Source: Polyangia bacterium
Lineage (GTDB): Bacteria; Myxococcota_A; Polyangia; Fen-1088
Reading direction: 5' to 3'
Assembly (NCBI GenBank): GCA_035648655.1
Contig: DASRLC010000048.1
Coordinates: forward strand, 1 to 46,833
DNA: 46,833 nucleotides
The position numbers were made by a program, and so were the translations under genes. The notes beneath the pieces were generated by a model. It worked only from the letters and a program-made list of their open reading frames with translations. It ran no database searches and was not told the DNA's origin. Every line of letters begins with the position of its first letter. Within the stretch, counting starts at the first letter, position 1. Below are positions 33,779 through 41,949 of the stretch, piece by piece.

Positions 33779-36700
33779 GTGGCTGACTCGATCGTCGATA
33801 GCCCGCAGCTGAGCAAGCTCTGGGACGACAAGAAGAACGGGGCGTCGACGGCGGTCCTAGTGCGGAGCTTTCGCCCGGCCTGGTGGCGTTGCGAAAACGG
33901 GCACTCGTTTCAGCGTTCACCGCGGAGCATGCTCAGCGACTCTTCGTGCCCGAGCTGCCGCCGCGGCCCGACCATGAGCTCCATCGCCAAGGCGCGACCC
34001 AACTTGGTCCCGCTCTGGAGCGCCGAGAAGAACGGCAGCCTTTCTCCTGAGACAGTCGACATCGCGCACTCGGCGAAGGTCTGGTGGCGCTGCCCCAAGG
34101 GGCACGACTTTCAGCGCCCGCCGGTCATCATGATGAGGGACGCCGATTGTCCCATCTGCGTCGGCGCCAAGACGTCGCTTAAAGCGATGAACCCGTCGGT
34201 CGCGGCCGAATGGCACCCGACGCGCAACGGCGAAGTCACACCTGCTCAGGTGGATGCCGAACACGTCATGAACACGTGGTGGCTCTGCCCGAATGGGCAC
34301 GAGTACCAGGCGACCGTCCGATCCCGAACGCGGGGAAGCCGCAGCTGTCCCACCTGCTATGGCGGTTGGTCGCTCGAAAACCTGCGGTCGTTCGTTAAGT
34401 CGCTCCTCTCGCATGTCGGCGCGTTCAATCCCAGCGAGATGTTCGCGCTGGCCATGCAGGCGGGGGTCTTCGCGGACAAGGATTCACGGCCTTTCGTCAT
34501 GGCGATCTCCACGGGGCGCTTCCCGCGGGACGAGCTGGAAAAATTTGCCGAGGGCAAGCCCTCGCTGGTCGACGCGTTTGGCGGCGACAAAGAGCTGACC
34601 CTGGAGATCATCGACGGCCGGAGGCCGGATAGACCTGTCGTGCCGGCGGATCCGTTCGCGCTACCGTCGGCGCCGGAGCCGGTCGACGCCGGTGAGCGGG
34701 TAGACGTGGATGTCAGCCGCGAGGTCGACGCCACGGGAGCGACGGCGGCGGTGGCAGCCGCTGACGACGAGATGCCGATCGTCAAGACGCGGGACGCGCT
34801 GGCCGCCCTGGATAGCGACCTCGTCGCGAATGCCGACGCGGAGACCGTGAAGTTCTTGCTCGACAGCGCGAAGGCCAAGCTCTGGCGCCACGCCTACGTC
34901 GCTCCGACGGAAGCCCGCGAGCAAGCGGCTTCGTTCAACGGGGATGTCTACTCGACGCTGGTTCGCGATCGATTCCTGGCCGAGTTCGACGAGGCTGACG
35001 CGCTCCAGCCTCCGGCCGGGTACGCCTTTCGCCCTGGCCCCGGCGCTCCGGTGACCCCGCCGAACCTCATGCAGCGCCGTGTGGCCGTCTCCGTGCGCAA
35101 CGATCGGCGGTTCGGCAACTGGTCCGGGATGGGCGCCGGCAAGACTCTGAGCGCGATCATCGCCACCCGGGTCACGGGCGCCAGTCTCACGGTCATCTGT
35201 TGTCCGAATGCGGTCGTCGACAACTGGGATCAAGAGATCAAGATGGCCTTCCCCGCGTCCGAGGTCGCCAAGAAGACCTGGTATCCCGAGTGGCGCGACC
35301 CGCTGGGTGCGTCGCCGAGATATCTGGTGCTCAACTACGAGCAGTTCCAGCAGCCCAGCTCGGAGAAGGAGCTCGTCGCCTTTCTTGATCGCAACGTCGT
35401 CGACTTCATCGTCGTGGACGAGATTCACTACGCCAAGCAGCGCGAAGCTGGGGCCGAGATGTCGAAGCGCAAGCGGCTCGTACAGGGCCTCATCCTCGAG
35501 GCTGGGAAGAAGTGCCCGGACCTCTGCGTGCTCGGCATGAGTGGGACGCCGGTCATCAACACCCTGCAGGAGGGAAAGAGCCTCGTCGAGATGATCACGG
35601 GCCATCTTCACGACGACCTCGACACGCGGGCCACCGTCCAGAATTGCATGCGGCTCTACCAACGCCTGGTCACGCTGGGAACGCGGTGGAAACCGGACTA
35701 CAAAATTCAGCTTGAGGTCGTCAAGGAGGAGATCGACTGCGAATCTTCGCTCGATGAGATCCGCGCTGTGGGCCGCGGCACCGTGCTCGAGCTGGAACAG
35801 GTCCTCACCCGGCTGCGCGCGCCGACGATCCTGAAGCATCTGTCCCCTGGCGAGAAGACCTTGATCTACACGCACTACGTCGACGGCGTGGCGGATGCCC
35901 TGAGAGACGTGATCCAGAGTGCCGGCTACAGGGTCGGGCTCCTCACGGGTGATACGGACGGCGACCACCTCAAGGAGTTCCTGAAGCCCGACGGCAAGAT
36001 TGACGTGTTGGTGGCGTCGAGCCGCATCGGGACTGGGGTCAACGGGCTTCAGTACGTCTGCAACAAGCTGATCATCAACTCGCTGCCTTGGACGAACGCC
36101 GAATACGAGCAGCTCGTCGGCCGGCTATATCGGCAGGGCAGCCGGTTCGACAAGGTCCGCGTCGTCATTCCAGTGACGTTCGCCAATGTGAAAGGCGAGC
36201 GCTGGTCGTACTGCGATTCGAAGCTGCACCGCCTGGAGTACAAGAAGTCGATCGCCGACGCTGCCGTGGATGGCGTCGTCCCCGAAGGCAATCTTCGGAC
36301 GCCGGCGCAGGCGCAGCAGGACATCATGGGCTGGCTCACGCGTCTGGAGACAGGCAAGGTCGCCGAGGTCCGACGGCCGGTCATCAAGATTCCGCTGTCG
36401 GGCGAGCCGAGCGAGGTCGAGCGCCGGGTCGCACGCTACGGTGACTTCTCCAAGATGAACAACCGCTGGTACTCAGCCTCCAGCGAGTCCACACACGCGC
36501 GGCTCGCGCAGAACCCCGAAGAGTGGGCTCACTACCACACGATGTACCAGCAGCTTCGTGAGTCTTGGCCTGTGATTCCCTACAAGGAGGAGATTCGGTG
36601 GCTCTCCGAGCGGGAGGGTCTGGTGGTCGGCGACTTCGGCTGCGGCGAGGCGCTCATCGCGGCGGCCGTTTCCGATCGCCACCAGGTCCACAGCTTCGAT

Positions 36701-37045
36701 CACGTGGCGATCGATCAGCGCGTCGTCGCCTGCGACATCGCGCATGTGCCTTTGGAGAAGGGGACGCTAGACGTCGCAATCTTCTGCTTGGCCTTGATGG
36801 GCACGAACTTCTCAGACTACCTCCGCGAGGCTCACCGCTGCCTGCGACTCGATGGCTGGCTGCACATCTGGGAGCCCGCCAGCTACTTCGACGACGTGGG
36901 CAAGTTCTGCTCCAGGTTGATCCGCCTCGGCTTCGACGTCATGGCCCCCCAACCCGAAGGCGCCTTCGTGGGCATCTACGCGGTGCGAAACGCGAAGAAG
37001 CCAGATCCGGCGACGGTGCTCCCGTTCCGCGGGAACGGCCAATAG
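33779..37045 (+). CDS. Fusion protein: three DUF4379-type zinc ribbons, an SNF2-like helicase and a C-terminal Rrp8-like (Methyltransf_8) SAM methyltransferase
   Basis: Three repeats of W...N....WW(R/L)C..GH.(F/Y)Q.......CP.C. Helicase motifs GMGAGKT, VVDEIHYAK, MSGTPVINT and QLVGRLYRQG. The C-terminal VVGDFGCGEALIAAAV...VHSFD...VACDIAHVPL...LDVAIFCLALMGTNFSDYLREAHRCLRLDGWLHIWE is collinear with eukaryotic Rrp8/nucleomethylin motifs. GTG start 12 nt after the preceding stop codon. Confidence 0.85.
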   Translation: MADSIVDSPQLSKLWDDKKNGASTAVLVRSFRPAWWRCENGHSFQRSPRSMLSDSSCPSCRRGPTMSSIAKARPNLVPLWSAEKNGSLSPETVDIAHSAKVWWRCPKGHDFQRPPVIMMRDADCPICVGAKTSLKAMNPSVAAEWHPTRNGEVTPAQVDAEHVMNTWWLCPNGHEYQATVRSRTRGSRSCPTCYGGWSLENLRSFVKSLLSHVGAFNPSEMFALAMQAGVFADKDSRPFVMAISTGRFPRDELEKFAEGKPSLVDAFGGDKELTLEIIDGRRPDRPVVPADPFALPSAPEPVDAGERVDVDVSREVDATGATAAVAAADDEMPIVKTRDALAALDSDLVANADAETVKFLLDSAKAKLWRHAYVAPTEAREQAASFNGDVYSTLVRDRFLAEFDEADALQPPAGYAFRPGPGAPVTPPNLMQRRVAVSVRNDRRFGNWSGMGAGKTLSAIIATRVTGASLTVICCPNAVVDNWDQEIKMAFPASEVAKKTWYPEWRDPLGASPRYLVLNYEQFQQPSSEKELVAFLDRNVVDFIVVDEIHYAKQREAGAEMSKRKRLVQGLILEAGKKCPDLCVLGMSGTPVINTLQEGKSLVEMITGHLHDDLDTRATVQNCMRLYQRLVTLGTRWKPDYKIQLEVVKEEIDCESSLDEIRAVGRGTVLELEQVLTRLRAPTILKHLSPGEKTLIYTHYVDGVADALRDVIQSAGYRVGLLTGDTDGDHLKEFLKPDGKIDVLVASSRIGTGVNGLQYVCNKLIINSLPWTNAEYEQLVGRLYRQGSRFDKVRVVIPVTFANVKGERWSYCDSKLHRLEYKKSIADAAVDGVVPEGNLRTPAQAQQDIMGWLTRLETGKVAEVRRPVIKIPLSGEPSEVERRVARYGDFSKMNNRWYSASSESTHARLAQNPEEWAHYHTMYQQLRESWPVIPYKEEIRWLSEREGLVVGDFGCGEALIAAAVSDRHQVHSFDHVAIDQRVVACDIAHVPLEKGTLDVAIFCLALMGTNFSDYLREAHRCLRLDGWLHIWEPASYFDDVGKFCSRLIRLGFDVMAPQPEGAFVGIYAVRNAKKPDPATVLPFRGNGQ

Positions 37046-37389
37046 GACGGGGAGCTTCTTGATGCTCAAGTTGACAGAACTATGGCCATCGACAACTCTT
37101 GCCAGCTAACCCCTGAGTCCGCGCGGACTTACGAATGTCCGATAACAAAGATTCTGTAAACTACCTTACTATTTTTCAATATGGCAGTATTCTAACGGGG
37201 ATTGTTTGCGTCAGCCACGCGCACCGCCGAAGCTCGGGGCTCTCGCACCGGGTCTAGTGTAACCCGTCTACGAGGGGCGTCCTGAAAGCCCTTGCGGGCT
37301 CAGATCAGCCGGGGTAGGCGGGCGGCGGCGTCGATGGCGGACAGGTACCCCGCGATGGGATCGTCACGGACCGAGTAGAATCTCAGTCG

Positions 37390-37773
37390 ATGCCACGCAG
37401 CCGCATGTTCGTGCTGGGCGTTGATGGTACGCCTCTCGAGTGTACGGAGGACCAGTACGACCGGTGGGCCGCCTTCCTGCATTCCATGCACGACACCGCC
37501 GGAGTGAACGGACGCGGCCTCCGCCACGAATGTGCAGACATGAGAATCTTGACCTGGTTTAGGGCTCTTGATGGCAGGCGAGAGGAAGACCTCTCTGGGC
37601 CTCCTCTCCTTTGGGAGACGGCAGTAATCAGAGCACACAGGTGCGGAACAGAACCTCTGCTCGTTCAACTTCACCCGACCGCCAAAGCCGCCCGCGAGTG
37701 GCATCTGCGCGCGCTCCTCGCTTTCACGCGACCGGACCGAACCTGGCGCCGCTGTGACACTGCTGCGTCGTAG
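37390..37773 (+). CDS. Hypothetical protein (phage-like small protein?)
   Basis: 127-aa ORF. RILTWFRALDG...GPPLLWETAVI resembles a motif seen in small phage proteins (...GLD...PLLFETMVF). An antisense ORF (37300-37704) of similar length competes with it. Strand choice rests on composition only. Confidence 0.4.
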   Translation: MPRSRMFVLGVDGTPLECTEDQYDRWAAFLHSMHDTAGVNGRGLRHECADMRILTWFRALDGRREEDLSGPPLLWETAVIRAHRCGTEPLLVQLHPTAKAAREWHLRALLAFTRPDRTWRRCDTAAS

Positions 37774-37806
37774 GGTGCCGACCGCCGCGGCCGCCGCCCT
37801 TGAGGC

Positions 37807-38088
37807 TCAGTTGTCGTGCGTCCGAACCGCACTCCCCACCGGGTGGTATTCCCCCGCTCGCCGATAGAACGGAGCGGGAGCGACGGACTCAATGAACTTT
37901 CGGACCGGTGTACTCTCGCCGGGGAGCAGTGTCACCAGCCTGAAGAGGTTAGGTCTCGCCCCCTCGATGTTTTGGACCACCAACGGCATGCCCTTCACCA
38001 CCTGCGACAACTCATCAGGAACATCCATCTCCATCACGACGAGGGGTTCATCGATCGCTCCGCCTGACCGTGACCGCGCGACGAGCAC
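37807..38088 (-). CDS. Hypothetical protein (possibly the C-terminal part of an SseB-like gene)
   Basis: 93-aa ORF directly downstream of and co-directional with the SseB-like ORF. The composition is plausible. Confidence 0.35.
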   Translation of the reverse strand: MLVARSRSGGAIDEPLVVMEMDVPDELSQVVKGMPLVVQNIEGARPNLFRLVTLLPGESTPVRKFIESVAPAPFYRRAGEYHPVGSAVRTHDN

Positions 38089-38130
38089 GTACGCTGCCCG
38101 GATTCCCGTGTGTGCTTCGAATAGAACGAT

Positions 38131-38520
38131 CTAAGAGCCGCCAGCACCGTCTCTGGCACGGCGTCCCGAGACGGCGGAAGGAGCTCCGACTCCATCGGAT
38201 CGAAGAACCGCCGTGTCGACCCCTGGCGGGGCCAGGAGTGCCGCCACGTCCGCCGGACAGAACGTCCACTGTTCGTCGTCGCCGGCGTTCAGGACGCTGC
38301 GCGCTTTGCTCGCCATGCGAAAAAAGTCCCGCGCCTGCAGCCTGACCCGCCCTACTAGGTGCTTTTCCAGGGCTCCCTCGAGCTTCTTCGCCGACGTGTA
38401 GAAAGGTACGATCATCTCGCCGTTGCTTTCGAACACCACGAGCTTCAGTCCTGCCGCTCCAAGACTTCCCTTCCGTAGCTCCTCCTGAGAGTTCGCGGAG
38501 TGTACCGCGGCTAGTATCAC
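38131..38520 (-). CDS. SseB-like family protein (N-terminal domain)
   Basis: LKLVVFESNGEMIVPFYTSAKKLEGAL fits the SseB N-terminal pattern. The call is tentative. Confidence 0.45.
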   Translation of the reverse strand: MILAAVHSANSQEELRKGSLGAAGLKLVVFESNGEMIVPFYTSAKKLEGALEKHLVGRVRLQARDFFRMASKARSVLNAGDDEQWTFCPADVAALLAPPGVDTAVLRSDGVGAPSAVSGRRARDGAGGS

Positions 38521-38755
38521 CTCGCCGTACTGACTCGGGCGGGCGCCGCTAGCGCTGCAGCGGCGGCCGGCTCCTGAGTCTTCGCGGGATTCGGCGCCGG
38601 CGCCGCTGCAGCTCCGTCGGTGGCACCTTCTATCACTTCGCGCCGACGATCATGTGGATGGTGACTGCGCCCGACGCGACAGCCAGGACCCGCGAGACGG
38701 GGTCGGCCTCGCCGCTAGGTCGAGAATCCTGGCGAACAACCGGCGGTTCTGGCTT

Positions 38756-38929
38756 TCAAGGTCGGGTGACGAGATGTCGAAACTCAGGACGGGAGCCGAT
38801 CGCCGTCGCGAACCCTTCGCCGTCCCGGATCACCTTCGTGTCGAGGGCAAGGAGGCCTTGTTGGACCATCCGTTCCAATTCTTGGCGGGTGACCACCCGC
38901 GCCGGGTTCCCGGTGTCTTGAGCAGCCAT
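38756..38929 (-). CDS. Small GYF_2/DUF4339-like domain protein (tentative)
   Basis: VVTRQELERMVQQGLLALDTKVIRDGEGFATAIGSRPEF matches the general shape of DUF4339 but lacks the usual Trp residues. The start is ambiguous (ATG 38929 or TTG 38968). Confidence 0.3.
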   Translation of the reverse strand: MAAQDTGNPARVVTRQELERMVQQGLLALDTKVIRDGEGFATAIGSRPEFRHLVTRP

Positions 38930-39014
38930 CACCGGGTAACTTATGACGGGGCTGAGACGAACCCTCAATAGGTACTAAAGGCAACCCCGCGAACGGGCCG
39001 TCGCCACCCGGCGC

Positions 39015-39404
39015 CTAACCCGCGTGGCGGACTCGGCCGACGCGCGGCTTGGCCCGACGCCCGGCTTCGATGCCCGCGAGCTTCACTCCTTGGCGGGCCG
39101 CGGCCAGCGTGTTGACCACAGAGATCGGATCGTGGTCGATGAGCGTCAGCAGAGCGCGCGCGGGTCCCTCCGGACGGCGCCGCTTCTGCTCCCAACCCTG
39201 CAGCGTGCCAATTGCGACGCCGAATGCGCGCGCGAAGTCTCCCTGCGACAGCTTCGTCTTCGCGCGTACTGTCGCGACGTCGAGGTCCGGGAATTCATGG
39301 ATCGTCAGGCCGTGCGCCTCGCCCTTGGCGTGTGCGATCGCCTGGCGGAGGCCAGAGGCGATGCCCTCGAAGTTCTCCTTACGCATGTCCTTCTCCTTCT
39401 TCAT
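39015..39404 (-). CDS. HTH (XRE/COG2944-type) antitoxin
   Basis: VATVRAKTKLSQGDFARAFGVAIGTLQGWEQKRRRPEGPARALLTLI is the typical COG2944 antitoxin core. Confidence 0.75.
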   Translation of the reverse strand: MKKEKDMRKENFEGIASGLRQAIAHAKGEAHGLTIHEFPDLDVATVRAKTKLSQGDFARAFGVAIGTLQGWEQKRRRPEGPARALLTLIDHDPISVVNTLAAARQGVKLAGIEAGRRAKPRVGRVRHAG

Positions 39405-39619
39405 CAGCCCTTACGGGCGGTCTTAAGCTCTGTGACCAGCCTTGCGAGCGTGTTTACCTGCGCCTTCGAGAGGTTCTCCTTCTCGTTCTTGGCGAAAACC
39501 TCGAGCAAAAGGACAGGCCACGCGTCGTCTCGCTCATGATCGCGTCGGCTCGCTTGGAATAGTAAGTCGTCTCGGCTATCGCGATCACAGGCAAAGTCTA
39601 CGTCAGTGACCGATATATG
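39404..39619 (-). pseudogene. 5'-truncated RelE-superfamily (COG4737-type) toxin remnant
   Basis: The stop-to-stop frame of 71 codons ends ...DDAWPVLLLEVFAKNEKENLSKAQVNTLARLVTELKTARKG, a typical COG4737 toxin C-terminus. No ATG or GTG is present in frame. The stop overlaps the antitoxin ATG by 1 nt. Confidence 0.45.
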
Positions 39620-40166
39620 TCAATGACGTAGTAGTGGCCGAAGACTTCCTGTCCGCTCCAAATGCGGGGAGGCACCACGACGGCAGGGAGAGCAGGTCTC
39701 CGCCGGAGCGCGTCGCGTCATGAGGCCGATTCGGCACCCACTCGAATGTTAGGAGAGCCTAGCTGGGATCGATCGATCGCGGACTCGACAGCGCGCGGGA
39801 ACGCTCGGGATGGGCAAGATGAGCAGCGTTCAGCGCAGCGAGGCTCTCCGGAGATATCGCCGCGGAATGAAATATCGCCAGGGTGGAACGTTAACGAACC
39901 GATGGGAGCACGGTTCGCCATTCTCGAACGTATCGGACGTCGATCCGCGCCTCCCTTCGTGTCTCACAACAATCGAACCGGCTTCGCGATTGCGGGTGCA
40001 CCGTCCGGCGCGCCTGCCGAGGGTGGGAAGACTGGGAGGCTGTCGCGCAGTTGACGGATCGGAGATTATCGGGCGTTCGGATACCGGCTCGGGCGGGAAA
40101 AACCGCGCTTCTTCCGCCTACCCCTAGTAAAACCAGGATCTTCGCAGCTCGAGGAGGGAGAAACCA

Positions 40167-41084
40167 GTGACTCGCACAAGACGACCTGACTCTGACGCGA
40201 TCCACAGCAGCAAGACGTTTCAGCTGCCACCTCGCGATTGGAACCCCCTCGACGCAGCCGACGATGTCCTTCTAGGGTACGGCTATCCTCGACGGCCAAA
40301 CCCTCATACGCATCCGCGAATCGCGCAACTGTGGACAGAAGTTATGGCTCGGAGGCCGGATATCATCCGGCCCAAGTCGGGCGACCCGATCAGGCCAGGT
40401 CAGAAGCCCATCCGACGGCGCCAAGGACGCGATTTCGGGGTCGCGCAATACAGTTGGGGTGGAGTCCAGGTTGATACGAGTGCAAGCCGACCAGCATATT
40501 ATATATCCGCTAAGTGGCAGGTGCCCGCTATCTGGCCAGCAGCCGGAGATCCCGCAGAAGAGATGTTTGCCGGATTCTGGGTCGGCCTTTCAAGTGGCGT
40601 TGACGACTCGTTGCTTCAGGCGGGTATATATGTGGAGGTCCAAGCCGATCCTTTGAGCGGGCCCCCCAAATGGTCGGCATTTACCGAGTGGTACCCCGCA
40701 GATTCGGAGCCTATAGACTTCGAGATGTCGACGGGTGACCTGATTAGTGTCGTGGTCTGCGCCGACTCTCCGACAACGGCCAAAGCGTGGTTCTACAACT
40801 ACGGCACCAATAAAGGAGCGCCGGCCTGCCCTATTTATGCTCCCACTAATGTTCGTCTCATCGGCTCGTCCGCAGTGTGGGCCGCTGAGGCCGGCTCAAA
40901 CGAGTTGCCGGCGTTCTGTCCGGTGAGCTTCACCGAGTGCATCGCAGCAACTGGAACACAAGAGTTCAACGTGGCGGAGGGAAGTACCTTTGAGATCGAA
41001 AACGATACCTACCAACAAAAGCTGACCAAGACGTCGATCGTGTCGCCCACGACTGTGGTGATTGATTGGGTCGACTTTTCGTGA
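40167..41084 (+). CDS. Peptidase G1 (eqolisin/glutamic peptidase)-like protein
   Basis: Collinear with G1 landmarks: SWGG, KWQVP, FWVGL, LLQAG (catalytic Gln context), FTEWYP (catalytic Glu context) and GDLISVVV. GTG start preceded by GGAGGGAG. G+C is visibly lower than in the flanking DNA. Confidence 0.65.
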   Translation: MTRTRRPDSDAIHSSKTFQLPPRDWNPLDAADDVLLGYGYPRRPNPHTHPRIAQLWTEVMARRPDIIRPKSGDPIRPGQKPIRRRQGRDFGVAQYSWGGVQVDTSASRPAYYISAKWQVPAIWPAAGDPAEEMFAGFWVGLSSGVDDSLLQAGIYVEVQADPLSGPPKWSAFTEWYPADSEPIDFEMSTGDLISVVVCADSPTTAKAWFYNYGTNKGAPACPIYAPTNVRLIGSSAVWAAEAGSNELPAFCPVSFTECIAATGTQEFNVAEGSTFEIENDTYQQKLTKTSIVSPTTVVIDWVDFS

Positions 41085-41147
41085 CTTCATGCGGAAGCTG
41101 GGCTTTATTCATCCTAGCGATCTCGCTGTTCGAAAGGGGGCGTCACC

Positions 41148-41423
41148 GTGACCAAGGTCGAGATCACTAAGAACCACCCGCTGGACCTTGACGCCATTCG
41201 GGCGGCCGCCCACGATGCTCTCGTTAGGATGCGAGCCTCGTTGGGTCTCGATGGATCCTGGCACGGTGATGTCTATGAGTTCAGCAAGCCAACAACGGGC
41301 AAAATAACGATCGCTATTGGCTTCGTCCGTGTTGAGCTCGCCCTCGGCTCGGAAGTCCAGGTGGCCAAAGGCACGGTCGAAAAGCGAATTCGTGGTGCAC
41401 TCGAAAGACTGCTTGGTCGTTGA
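41148..41423 (+). CDS. Polyhydroxyalkanoic-acid-system-family-like small protein (tentative)
   Basis: The 91-aa pattern ITKNHPLD...AAHDALVRM...LGLDGSWHGDVYEFSKPTTGKITI...VRVELALG resembles the TIGR02610-type family. The start codon is GTG. Confidence 0.45.
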   Translation: MTKVEITKNHPLDLDAIRAAAHDALVRMRASLGLDGSWHGDVYEFSKPTTGKITIAIGFVRVELALGSEVQVAKGTVEKRIRGALERLLGR

Positions 41424-41949
41424 TGGTCACTATCGAAGACACGGTGAGGTCGGTCCGGGGAGCGGGGAGACTGGCCTCGTAGTCTTCGGAGCAGCCGAGT
41501 CGTCTGAGCTACCGCGGGGGTCGCGGCGCGCCTCGTCAATCGACGAACGACTGTATATCGCCATCGCGAAGGAGCGGGAGACGGTCGAAGAGGCGGCGGA
41601 CGAGGTGGTCCGGATCGCCCGGCAGCGTGCCGACCAAGTCATCCAGACGGCGCGAGACGACGCCGATGGCGAGCGCCGCCCGCAGTCGACGGCCGCCGAA
41701 GCCAGTCCGAGCTCGAGCGCACCCGAGCGGACGACCTCCTCGAGGACGAGCGATCCAACGCGGATTCCGTGGTCGAGCACGAGCGCGTGGAGCGGCGACG
41801 CTACCCGGACGACTTTCTGGCGGGCGAACGCCAAACCACCCCATCGCGATATCAAGCCGCTACGGGTTCTTCCAGTAGTCGGCGCCCGGGACGTTTCTAG
41901 AGCGCCAGTTGTGACTCGGGCTGACGGAGAGAAGCGGTCGTTGGTCCGT

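Noticed and set aside
14939-37045. Assigning the kinase, phosphatase, ATPase and adenine-methylase genes to a Pgl/BREX type 2 or DISARM system
   Set aside because: The resemblance is only functional. PglZ (alkaline-phosphatase fold), BrxC/PglY-type ATPase, BrxL, DrmA/DrmB (DUF1998) and a PLD nuclease are all absent. The kinase here belongs to a vWA/PP2C triad, and the methylase lies about 5 kb away in a separate transcription unit.
37116-37129. Palindrome AGTCCGCGCGGACT about 70 nt after the helicase-methyltransferase gene, considered as a terminator
   Set aside because: It is a perfect 6-bp stem with a 2-nt loop and has no following T-tract. That is too weak to call as an intrinsic terminator, although the surrounding AT-rich 37050-37230 stretch probably ends the operon.
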